Assembly: GCA_001599295.1 (NCBI GenBank)
Contig: BCGN01000001.1
Span: 1-64,000 of the forward strand
Source: Sporopachydermia quercuum
Lineage: Eukaryota
Reading direction: 5' to 3'
DNA length: 64,000 nucleotides
Under the pieces are notes generated by a model. That model was given only the letters and a program-made list of their open reading frames with translations, ran no database searches and was not told the DNA's origin. This document shows, piece after piece, positions 1 to 10,799 of the stretch (positions within the stretch are counted from its first letter, which is position 1; the number at the start of each line of letters is the position of its first letter). The position numbers and the translations under genes were made by a program.

Positions 1-185
1 TCAGTTGCGTCAGTGATATCGGTATCGTCAGTAGCATCAGTTACGTCGGTTCCATCAGTGATATCGGTTCCATCAGTTGCGTCGGTTCCATCAGTAGCAT
101 CAGTTGTGTCAGTTACATCGGTTCCATCAGTAGCATCAGTGATACCAGTACCGTCAGTTGCATCAGTANTATCAGTGACATCAGT
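1..185 (-). repeat. 9-bp coding tandem repeat encoding (Thr-Asp-X)n, about 20 units visible
   Basis: Minus-strand units such as ACTGATGCA, ACTGATGGA and ACCGATATC are in frame with ATG 833. Confidence 0.9.
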
Positions 186-833
186 GGGATTGGTTGTTGT
201 GACTTCGTTTTGAATGGTAGTAGAATCTACCGTGGTTTCTGCAGTTTGTTCATTTTCTTGTATCATTTGCTGTAGTTCGGGTATGCAATATGATGGAAAG
301 CTAGCTCCTTCGTTACATCCAATTTCAAGACTGTAAAGCGAATTCGATCCTAGGAAACAAGTTACAGGGTAAAGTTCGATATCGACATTATAATCTGGGA
401 GACATCCGTTTTCATCCACCACCATTGGTGCATCGAAAATAACTCTATTGTCATTTAAAATACCACCTATCAGCCCACCGAGGCACGATGACCNGGTGAA
501 AACAGTTGTTGAAACTCCGCCTTGCTCATAAGATACCGTCCTATACCTATTGCCGTTGATTCCTAAAAGGGTATTTGGTCTTACTTCGATAGTGACGGTT
601 ACTTCTCTTTGGTCAAGATTTGTGATAGTATAACTCAACGGTGTAACTCTGAAATCTTGACCAAGGAAAAAATCGAGAAGATTTTGAATTGGAGTCAAGA
701 TATCATTTTCATCGCATTTATTACCCAAAAGATCAATATCAAAGACTTGCCGTTTTGCGATCAATGGTGCAGCAAGTACCGATGCACAAACCCCTAAAAG
801 AAGTATATGTATCAATAATCGTTGCAAGATCAT
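1..833 (-). CDS. Secreted cell-surface adhesin/flocculin-like protein with a divergent Flo11-like N-terminal domain and Thr-Asp-X repeat stalk; 3' end lies outside the window
   Basis: Hand translation from ATG 833 is open to the window edge (277 codons). It shows a signal peptide MILQRLLIHILLLGVCASVLAAP, a KR dibasic site and a ~160-aa domain with 6 Cys (...CLPDYNVDIELYP...YSLEIGCNEGASFPSYC), then TDV-TDx-TDA-TDG repeats. It is absent from the ORF track, presumably because no stop lies in the window. Confidence 0.8.
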   Translation of the reverse strand, partial: MILQRLLIHILLLGVCASVLAAPLIAKRQVFDIDLLGNKCDENDILTPIQNLLDFFLGQDFRVTPLSYTITNLDQREVTVTIEVRPNTLLGINGNRYRTVSYEQGGVSTTVFTXSSCLGGLIGGILNDNRVIFDAPMVVDENGCLPDYNVDIELYPVTCFLGSNSLYSLEIGCNEGASFPSYCIPELQQMIQENEQTAETTVDSTTIQNEVTTTNPTDVTDXTDATDGTGITDATDGTDVTDTTDATDGTDATDGTDITDGTDVTDATDDTDITDAT

Positions 834-3650
834 TTTTCTCTCTCACTGCAAGCTTACCAATCTCCACAGTATAGTTCTCCTAATAAAAAGACTATATATA
901 GGTGGATTATTCTGTGTGATTGGAGAAACCTTTACCGTCTATTATTAGTCTCTAATTGGTTTTGATTCTCAACTTGATATTTCGAAGATTATTGATTTTT
1001 CATACTGGATGTTGCTGGGATGTATACGAGTCTATATATACCGGTTCTGAAGAATGAGGAATTTCAACCTCCGTGTAACTTCCTTTTCACTCAGAACGTC
1101 AAATTTCAACAGCAGCAAAAGGGAGTTGCTCAGAAACATTCACTTACTAGAAGTGGAATGGTTCATATTACTTTAGGCATTCTGAAGAATCCAATTTCGA
1201 ACTAAGTCTTGCCTACTTTGGATTTAGTGATACAAAACGGTAATGTTTTCGTTTAACTTTAGTGAACCCTCTTGTAGATTCCATCAGTTCTTGATGGATT
1301 AGTGGTNAGTATGTTCCCTAAAGCATTATGTAGCCATATATTTAGTCCATTTTCACTACTTTACTAAGATATTTGAATGAGCTCACGACATATACAAAAG
1401 GTTCTAGACGTCTTATAAATGGTTCGTCATTTAAGGAATAATATTCATTTCACTACATGTTTATTTTCTTGCGAGTCAGTTGATGATTGATCACTAGATT
1501 TTTCACTGGTTGCTTGTGATTCTAATCGTTTCTTGGTACTAAGGGATGTATTTTTTTTCTTTTCTAATCTGGTGATCAATTAACTACTTCTCTTCAGTAT
1601 AATAAGACAAAGTAGTATATAAGGTACTATGACGATATATAGTCAGTGAACTGAGAACAATCAATTGTAATTACTACCATCAATGTGCACCTTTGTGCTC
1701 GTAAAACAAAGAGTTAGCCCTAAGTTTCCTTTTCGAGTAGTAAGAGATTACTTGAAGTCAAATAGCGTTGAGAGTTAGCCAAATTAGTATTATAATTGTT
1801 ATATACCCATTTGAGTTCTGCATTAGTGCATCTTAAACTTGACCAAATCATCCTGTAACTCAATTTAACGTTTGTTCTTTACGGTTTTTATCGTTTCAGT
1901 ACAATACTTTCAGATCCCGATTATGGAGACAAATACAAAAAGTATAAAGCTATCTTTAGAAACCTTTAGGTAAATTTGTTCACATATTGACATTAGCCAA
2001 TGTTTCTTCCAAATGGTATTGCTAAGAGAACGTAAAAACAATGACGACTCAAATAAGTAGTTTGGATTCACCTAAGGTGGTCTATTTGGGTTGAATTTTT
2101 GGAATGTAGCTATAAAAAGTTTCTGTTGTATAATTCTGAAAGTTTTCAATTCTTGTGTTGTTCCTGAGCTATAAAGACTTTTCCCAAATGATGTCACATA
2201 CAGCTGATGGAAAGACCAANAATAATGTTGCTTTACAATAATTTGAGAAGACTCTTCTCTTGCCGAAAATTACAGTAAGATTGTTAATGTTGTTATCTTT
2301 AAAGAGAAATTATCACAACGATATCCTTCGAATAGTTATAAAGTACTGTTTATTGGCGAGTTAAATGAGCGGCTTAATTTACGGAAAAAAAGGAACATTC
2401 CTCGATTTCATCGATCTTATGTGATGATTTTGTATTCAATAGAGCTTGGAACCCAGAAACCCCCGAGATCTAATGAGCAGATGTTTTGGTTTGCTCATCG
2501 GAATCATGCTTGCAACAATACCTTCAAAAGGCAAAGAAGTTAAAAATGCTAATCTTAAATTTCTCAGAACCATACAAAATATGACGATAGATTTCGTAAG
2601 AGAATTGGGAAATAATTAAACTAAACGAGTTTAACTTAATATTCTAACTCTAAACAGAAAGGAAAGTAAGATTTTGTTTTCAACGCTGGAACGAAGGTGC
2701 AGTTTCAAGTTTAGTTAAGAATTAGCTCAAATTGTTATAGTGAGATATACTTATAATTATGATACTGTCATATAACTTACTAAAGAACCCTACATTTGTC
2801 TGATTTTAATGTGCCATATGAGCACTACCTCCGCATACTTGTATATTGATAGGGAAGTTTATTTCAGTATATTAGTTTTCGAGTTAACTAAAACCTTAAG
2901 CTTATCACACAGATTTTTTTGATTGCCACTTTTGTAAAATAATTTAAGGTTTAAAGTAAGTTAGCATGTTTCACATGCTTCAATCCCGAAATGGTAGTAT
3001 GGGGTTTTCCAAAGTCTTAAGGAATATTAGCTTCTTGAAGCAAATAAATCTAGTTGACAATAAGGTAAATGAATGAATGCTGACTTTCTGGAAACCAAAA
3101 CAATTGGTCAAGTTTGGAGGCTAGAATATCTCGGGCTCCTAATAATTGATTGCTGTTCAAATACTGATGAAAGTTTATCTTGTTGGAGTNAACATAGAGA
3201 CGTCAGTTGGTACTCATTAGCAAGTTTACTGCTAAGGTGATTAGTAATTCTCGCAACAAATTTTACTTCAATCCATCAATACTGATTTCAGAAGTTGTTT
3301 TCAAATGTTAAATAAAAGGATCTCATTCTTTAACTTGAATAATTCAGCATTTGAACTCAAACCATAGAAGAAAAAAAATAAGTATGAGATTGAGCATATT
3401 CAAACGTAACAAGTTGAATTGCAACAGCAATGATTCGAAGTATGGGGTATATTTTGAAGGTTGGTTTCTAGTTCATTATAGAAAGAAAGGACTCAAAACT
3501 AACTTTGATTTTGACTTAGATTTGATTGGGAATTTAATTTTCTTCTTTCGACCTATCTATCAGGACGGTGTGAATTAAAGTATTTGCTAAACTGATATAT
3601 CCTATTAATACTTTGAAGTTAATAAACTAATAACTTCTTATGATATCTTA

Positions 3651-3722
3651 TTATAGTTTATAACACCCTATAACACTCTATAACACCTTATAATAGTTTA
3701 TTGTAGTTTATTATAGTTTATG
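3651..3722. repeat. Degenerate 10-bp tandem repeat
   Basis: ttatagttta taacacccta taacactcta taacacctta taatagttta ttgtagttta ttatagttta. Confidence 0.7.
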
Positions 3723-3864
3723 TTCTATCTTATATTATATTTAGTAAGACCTTTGTATTAGTGTAATACTATGTAATCATAATTCTAACCCTTTTAACAG
3801 GTATATCTATAATCTAACTATAATACTATATTGGGTTCTTGCTTCATATAAGGAATATGAAGCA

Positions 3865-6175
3865 ATGCGTAATAACACTAGAGAGTTTCAATATGTTAAT
3901 TGTGAATTAAGTTCTGATAAAACAATTATAGCACCTACGAAAAAGTACTTCAATTTTTTGGTTCAGAAGCTCATTTATTCTTCAGCATCCAGCTTCTATT
4001 GTGAGCATCCTGTTTCTAATAAAGCTCACTCTCAAATGGTCCAACCTAGTGCATTTCCTAAATGATCAGTGAACTGAGCCATTGAGGAAATAACTAAAAC
4101 AAGTATCAAATTCAGCAATATATATCTTGAGTTAAATCCAATTTGGTGGTTGCCAAGTCCTCATCAGAATAGTTTCATTAAGTCCATTTCATTTGATGAA
4201 AACCNATATGTTAAAACATAAAGACTTAGCGCTTCAAATGATCATCTTCTGCCAGGTCAACCAAATATTACTATCTTTTATTTCTTAACTCTAGAATCAA
4301 CAATAAATCAAATTCCAATCAGAAAGAACTCGAGTATTTTGTATTTGGCTTAAAGTATTATAGCGATATCATAAAGAAAATGAACAAGTTTCTTGCTCAT
4401 TCACCTACAAATGTTGTATCATACGTATCTTCAAAAACTTATGATGAATATGTTACTAAATCGTTCGTCATTTTATACAATAAGTTCTTGTNGAAAATAT
4501 TTTTACTTTATGTAAAGTGAAATCATTTTTTAATTACTACTTGTTGCCCGCCATTAACCTGGCAAACCATATGATGCCAAGAGCTCTTTACTATTCTGAA
4601 TCATGGCAAAACTACTCTTTTCGAGAAAATTACACTTAGCCAACAAATATTAATCTTACTGATCCCTCCAATGAAAGACGATGGTTGACCTGTTATCCTG
4701 GTTCAATGTATAAGTTGCTGTCAAAGGTTTCCTTATTGAATTCAAACTTCAGTCTCACAGTCTAGTTGGGAATATAAGCATTANTGGCAGTATATTTGCA
4801 ATAGTTGCACACTCTCGAATAAAAATGCACCGAAACTTAAGGTATCTTTAGTAAATTACATTCCTCGAGCATTTTTTGGGTATGCCATATTTGAAACCAT
4901 ATTCAAAAGGTCTATAAAACCGAGTCAAAGGAGTTTCAGTTACTTCTCTCTCCTAACTCTGGAGATTGAGAATGGGCAGCATGCTTAGTGTCGTTTAAAT
5001 TTAATACAAATCTAACAATTGCANTGATAATATGCTAATTAACAAATCACGATTGCTGTCAAAAGAGTCTTAGACTTTTTAGACAAGTAATCTTGTATGA
5101 ATGTGGGAGTTTAAGCTCAATCCAGCTAGTTCCAATGTGTGTTGTATTCAGAAGACATCACCCGACCAAGAATCTTTGGAAAGCCTTATGGAACTCGGCG
5201 AAACTAGTTTGAAAACCTGTTGAGGATTATTCCACTCAAGTCTGTTTATGTTTCTTGAGTTTAAATATCAATGATATTCGACATTGCACTAGATTTTTCT
5301 AACCCTTGATTTTGGAATTGATGTTGCCGTTAAAAAATTGATTATTGAAAGAACCTGCCTGAAAGTCTTATAACAAATGTNATGACGGTAGTAGCTTTTG
5401 GAAGTAATTGAATTCTTGTTAAGGATGAGATGGTGCAGATAGTTTGAGAAATATACTACGAAAGCTATATTGTGTGGTAGAATCTTGTCTTAGTGAGTAA
5501 GAAAGTAATGTGGACAAGACTCCTTGTTTAAAATCCACATTCTGGATTNTTCAATTTTAATTTCAGAAAAGAAAATTAGTTTAAAGAGAAGATTTCAGAC
5601 CTGAAGTTGCTTTCCNTACTCATTTAAATTACATTTATTTGTCTCTTTCAAATAAACCTGAATTCCCTAGTAGCATATGAAGCTGAAAATCTTAAGGAGG
5701 TATGCGTTTATTTCAAGAGTGTGATTCTAACCGTCGCAACGCTAGGGTATGGTTAGATACTTTAATTCCTGAATTATTAACAAATAAAGTTTTAAGAAAT
5801 TATGATTGAACCCTGTAAGAATTTTCTTCCGATTATGCTTTGAAAAACAATGGGATACTTAGGATTGTTCTTGCATAACTCTTCCTTCCTACGGTTGTTA
5901 AATTGAACTGACTGCTCTATGATTTTGGATTGAGCATCAGGCAAAAATTAACTTCATAAACTATCAAGAAGGATCNAAGGACATAGATTAAAATTCAGGC
6001 ATGAACAGTAACTTAAGGAGATTAGTTTATAGTCTCAACTTAAATGTACCTGTCAGGAATTTGAAAGATATACATATTTCAAAACTCTAAGTAAAGTGAA
6101 CGATAATAAGTTGAGATTTCTAAAACTTTATTTAATCAAACTTTACATTATTTACTTGCCTAATAGGGAAGTAGG
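3865..6175 (+). pseudogene. Putative decayed gene of unknown family
   Basis: A chain of long, stop-poor plus-strand frames is linked by frameshifts; 3865-4353 has only 4 stops in 163 codons. A branch/acceptor-like TTCTAAC...CAG lies at 3783-3800 just upstream. No family recognised. Confidence 0.4.
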
Positions 6176-6930
6176 ATAGTTTTAGCCTCAACTTTATCTT
6201 AATTAAGGGTTATCTTAATATAATGATTTCACCTAGTGTTCTTCGTGCGCTTCCTCNATGTTTGACATAAACATTCATTTAGGTAACCCATTCCAAATTA
6301 GGACACATTTTCGTATATTATACGGGGCATGAGGTAAGAATAAGTGATAAAGAGTGAAACTACAATGAATTAATCTCTCTACGTTAACATGGCATCTCTA
6401 TCTGGCAGTATTTAAGGTTACAACGGCTCCTTTCATCATCTCAAAATATCAGACTTCTAGTAGAAATCAACAAAATATCTTAATATTATTGATGGAAGGG
6501 AAGTTCATGTATTANCTAGGTAGATTAAATAGGTGTCAGACGAGTAACTACTTGGAGTCCGTATTTCTTAACAAGCTTGACTGATTTTTGTTGGGCATTA
6601 ACATTTAATATGAAATTTCGCTTGACTTCGGTTTACCTGATCTAAATTGATTATTGGCTCTAGTTATATGTAAAGCATTATATTATTTTCAAAAAGAAAT
6701 AAACTCCAAAATGATCCTCTTCAGTTCTTCTATTCTGTAAGACAATGCAATTCGCCAGTTTTATATAGGACCCTGAAAGACCCTAAAAGGCCCTAACAGT
6801 GTGAATGAGGAAATTGCNCTGGCATCTTGACCAAGAGAAACCTTATTGATAATTATACCCTTTCGGAATATTATATCACGTAATCATATTTTAAGATCAA
6901 ACTTTTTCCTGTTCACTTTTTCATCCGTAA

Positions 6931-6943
6931 CCGTCCTTTACCG
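6931..6943 (+). promoter_or_regulatory. Candidate Aro80 binding site (CCG-N7-CCG)
   Basis: CCGtcctttaCCG about 155 bp upstream of the ARO80 ATG, with an extra CCG at 6925. Confidence 0.35.
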
Positions 6944-7095
6944 AAATGATTTCCTTATCTACAAATTAGAAACTTGGGAACGGAGCACATCTCGGCCCCT
7001 AAACAATCCAACAATCTCTCAGACAACTATAAACCTTAACAAATACATAATCTGGAAGACTTTTCCGTTCTGAAACTTCATGTTGGTTATACAAA

Positions 7096-10000
7096 ATGCC
7101 CCAATTGACTGAAAATGATATGCGAAAGCCTAGTGGTTCATTGGGCAATCAACCTAGTCTCTCGACAACCATTCCTTCCGTTACTTCGGTTCCAATTCTT
7201 CCACCAATCTCACAATTAGAATCAAACTCAAACTCGGCTTATTTCTCAGCTCCGTTTAATTACAATCGGCAGTTTTTGGAACCTCAAACTAGTTCCAATA
7301 CAATTATCAGAACTTTGCCTTCCGAGAATTCTGATGACCCAGGTGTACTTGTTAGAACTGTATCAAATGAAGCAAGCAGAAGCCGATCGTCGGCTAATCA
7401 ATCTTTCAAAAGATCATATAAAGCATGTGTAAATTGTCGAATGAGAAAAGTTCGGTGTGATCTTGGTCCGCTTTCAAATCCACATGATCCTCCATGCGCC
7501 AGATGTAAACGTGAAAGAAAAGAGTGTTATTTCACGGAATCTCGGAGGGGAGGGGTTTCGAATGTTATTGCTGGGAAAACTCGGAAAAGGTTAAATAGGC
7601 TAGGATCTATGCCGAACTGTGGGTCAAAACTCCAACATTCTATTGGTGCAAACCAGACACCATTAGTTATCCAACAATCATTCAATATAAACTATGCGCC
7701 GAACGGAACTCTTCCTACACCGAACCTTATTTCAATGAGCATCGACGGAAGCAATAACGGAATCAAACAAGGGCAAGGAAGTCTCGGAACCGAGAAATTG
7801 GAAACTACGCGGGATGCGCTAGAATTTCTTGCTAGAGCAGCAGGAACAGTAATGAAATTAGATCCAGTGCCAACTCCTGGACTAAATCAGAATAATGACA
7901 ATTATAGTAATAACAACAATGATATTATAAGTACCTCAAATTTAATTTCTAATGGTTTGAATAGCGGCAGGAATGACAGAAAGCATATAGTCCTTCCCGC
8001 AATCAATTCGGCACAATCTCCGGATTCTATGATACACTCAGGTGACCTTAACGACGAACCGAAAANCCTCAAATCTCAAAGGAAACCTAATAAAATTTTA
8101 ACAATTAGTCCTGTTGACGAACTCTTATCCGATTCCGAAGCTTTGGAATTGGTTGAACTGTTTTTCAAAGTTTTACATCCGTTTTATCCCTACATTCCTC
8201 AACAGATGCACAGCTTACCGGCCTTAATGGACTATCCAATTTTACTATGCACTATTCTAACTATAGCTTCCAGATATGGATGTTTGAACGAAGAGTCTAA
8301 TTCCGGATCCCGGTCTGAGAAATCCCGAAATCGGGATCGGAATTTCTTTGACCACAGGAAGAAAACGGAAGCTGAACTGGATACTAATGAGATAAGTTTA
8401 CCGAACTTATGTCCTAAATGCAGATCTTCTACGTGCTCAAAATCAAACCGAAACGTTGTAGTTCATGATAAACTTTGGGTTTTATGTCAACAAATGATTT
8501 CTCAATCAGTTTGGGCGGAAGCTTCTACTCGTTCTATAGGAACGGTTTATGCTTTCTTATTATTTACAGAATGGAATCCGAGAGCCATTCATTCTCGACA
8601 AAGCGATTTCGGAAATATGGGAGTAGCATCAACATACCCTTCGGAACAATTTACAGGANTAGGAGCTGCTAGACGAAGTGATCGTATGGCTTGGATGATG
8701 ATAGGCACTGCTATTAGACTAGCTCAAGATATGAGATTTATTAAGAATAGTGCCAAGATCTTCTTAGCTACTCATATTTCGGAAACTTACCAGGCTATTG
8801 GAATGGCTCAACGAAGTATGCTATTAGAATCTGTTGGAGAGATTGATTTTGGAGATGATAGCGATGATAATGATGATCGTCATCATAATAATGAAGATGA
8901 GGATGATAACGAAAGGGGGACAACCGAGAGACCTAAAAAGAGTGCAAGAAAAGGGTCTACTGAATATGATGATAGCACTGGTAATGGGACAGATAGAATT
9001 GACATGTCTTCCGGAATTACTTCTGATATATCTTCCGAAATTTCCCCGGATCCCATTTCCTCAGATATTTCTTCTGAATTTAGTTCAAAACTTCGTTTCG
9101 ATACTATAAGTAAAGCTAAACTAGAGATGTTACAAATTGTTCAAAGGGCCTATCAAACAATTTATGCTCCTGAAGCTGAAATATCAGGCTCATCGAGACA
9201 GTACTTAACTATTTTGGATCTATTATCATCAACATTAGATCAATGGCATAAACGATACAATAGTATAATATCAGAACAACGGAAATATGCGGTTGAATCA
9301 GTTGTTGACCGAGAATCCGTTATTTTTGATTACCATTATACATGTTTATATATATATTCGTTAGCATTATCCGTTACTTCGGGAGAAACCGGAATGAGGC
9401 TCCGGTTTGAAGAAATTCAGAAAACAGCTCGGTATATTGAAATGGCATATAAAGCAGGCACTGAATGCATAGAAGTGGCTACTAGGATGAATCGGATGAA
9501 GATGTTGAAATGGATGCCTGTTAGATGGGTTAAACGGATAGTACGATCAGTTGCGTTTTTGGTTAAATGTTATCAAACGTTTATTCCAGAGAGTTTCGGA
9601 AATGGAGATTTTAGTGGGAAGGGAACCAACGGAATGGAACGGAACAATTCTGTCAAATCGGCATTATCTTTTATTGCTGTTTCAAGTGAGGATATATGTC
9701 CGATAATTCTACGAGCGGCTCAAACTCTAAAAGAAGCTGCAATAGATGAGTTACATTTGTGTACTCGATATTCGGCAATCTTGTATTATCTCTATGAAAA
9801 AATGACTGAAAAGGGTAATTCGGATGCCGATAATGGAAGTGTAACAGCAACCGAGCTGACACCAGAAGTGGAACCAGAAGCGGAAAAAATAACAACGAGA
9901 GAAGTACGAGACAACAGTATTCATCCTAGCGTACTGAATACCAGAAATAATCCTAGTAGGGAGGAATCGGAAATGATACTAGAACATAACGGAAAACATA

Positions 10001-10365
10001 ACGGACTCTACTCTAGTCCAGTTCCACTATCAACTTCAGTGGTCCCTATTGACGTGTCATCAGAACAAATAGGAACTAATGCTATTCATAATTCTAACAT
10101 TAATGCTAATAGTGGAGATAATATATCTATGGATTTTACCCTTAACGGACCGGGGGGAGCAAACTTAAATCCTAGCTCAATTACAAACAACCTAAGTTCT
10201 ATGGAAATGGACGAATTAGGGATGTCGGATCCAAATGCAGATTATTTTTCCCTCTTTGATTGGTTTCAAAAGAATGATTCCTCAATTGGTTTAAGCTTCG
10301 TAGAGCCGCTGACGGAAACTTTAGAACAAAATATAAATGAGATCCACCAGAAGAGTAATCAATGA
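7096..10365 (+). CDS. ARO80: Zn(II)2Cys6 transcription factor, aromatic amino acid catabolism activator
   Basis: The zinc cluster ACVNCRMRKVRCDLGPLSNPHDPPCARCKRERKEC carries the Aro80-type DLGPxxNPHDPPC loop. A fungal TF middle homology region follows (LLFTEWNPRAIH, RRSDRMAWMMIGTAIRLAQDM). Confidence 0.9.
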   Translation: MPQLTENDMRKPSGSLGNQPSLSTTIPSVTSVPILPPISQLESNSNSAYFSAPFNYNRQFLEPQTSSNTIIRTLPSENSDDPGVLVRTVSNEASRSRSSANQSFKRSYKACVNCRMRKVRCDLGPLSNPHDPPCARCKRERKECYFTESRRGGVSNVIAGKTRKRLNRLGSMPNCGSKLQHSIGANQTPLVIQQSFNINYAPNGTLPTPNLISMSIDGSNNGIKQGQGSLGTEKLETTRDALEFLARAAGTVMKLDPVPTPGLNQNNDNYSNNNNDIISTSNLISNGLNSGRNDRKHIVLPAINSAQSPDSMIHSGDLNDEPKXLKSQRKPNKILTISPVDELLSDSEALELVELFFKVLHPFYPYIPQQMHSLPALMDYPILLCTILTIASRYGCLNEESNSGSRSEKSRNRDRNFFDHRKKTEAELDTNEISLPNLCPKCRSSTCSKSNRNVVVHDKLWVLCQQMISQSVWAEASTRSIGTVYAFLLFTEWNPRAIHSRQSDFGNMGVASTYPSEQFTGXGAARRSDRMAWMMIGTAIRLAQDMRFIKNSAKIFLATHISETYQAIGMAQRSMLLESVGEIDFGDDSDDNDDRHHNNEDEDDNERGTTERPKKSARKGSTEYDDSTGNGTDRIDMSSGITSDISSEISPDPISSDISSEFSSKLRFDTISKAKLEMLQIVQRAYQTIYAPEAEISGSSRQYLTILDLLSSTLDQWHKRYNSIISEQRKYAVESVVDRESVIFDYHYTCLYIYSLALSVTSGETGMRLRFEEIQKTARYIEMAYKAGTECIEVATRMNRMKMLKWMPVRWVKRIVRSVAFLVKCYQTFIPESFGNGDFSGKGTNGMERNNSVKSALSFIAVSSEDICPIILRAAQTLKEAAIDELHLCTRYSAILYYLYEKMTEKGNSDADNGSVTATELTPEVEPEAEKITTREVRDNSIHPSVLNTRNNPSREESEMILEHNGKHNGLYSSPVPLSTSVVPIDVSSEQIGTNAIHNSNINANSGDNISMDFTLNGPGGANLNPSSITNNLSSMEMDELGMSDPNADYFSLFDWFQKNDSSIGLSFVEPLTETLEQNINEIHQKSNQ

Positions 10366-10799
10366 GCAAAAGACGAAANCGGCTTCCGGAACAACTGTGG
10401 AAAGGATTCAACTCAAAGCCGAATTTATATCAAAGAAGTATGCTAAATGAGGAAGTAGAAGAATTCATATAAGATTGGAGATGATGAAAGTTGTATTTTC
10501 CCAAGTTCTTTGTGGCGTTTTAGTATGTTTCAAGGATGTGAGTGGATAATGANTATACAATCAGAATACTAGGATAAGATAGCGGATTTTATANTTTTAT
10601 AGCCTTGAGATTTTATAATCTCCGGTATCATGTTTAGCACTTCTTCGAGGATCATGCTTCTCTATAGTGGTACAGTGCCATGTAATAATTAGATATACTA
10701 TAAGTATATATATTTTGCTGTGTAAATATTTGATCCGGTATCTTCCCCGGTATCACTCGACAGGAGAGTAACATAAATAACACCGATGAGGTTACAGTA

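Noticed and set aside
13..213. Plus-strand 66-aa SVxSV repeat ORF
   Set aside because: It is the antisense shadow of the (Thr-Asp-X)n repeat of the minus-strand adhesin.
6769..6799. CCCTAA-containing 10-bp repeats resembling telomeric sequence
   Set aside because: Only three degenerate units, with no other telomere-like context.
1200..6800. Centromere or intact transposon in the long ORF-poor region
   Set aside because: I saw no CDEI/CDEIII elements, LTR pair, terminal inverted repeats, or RT/integrase/transposase motifs. A regional centromere cannot be judged from sequence alone.
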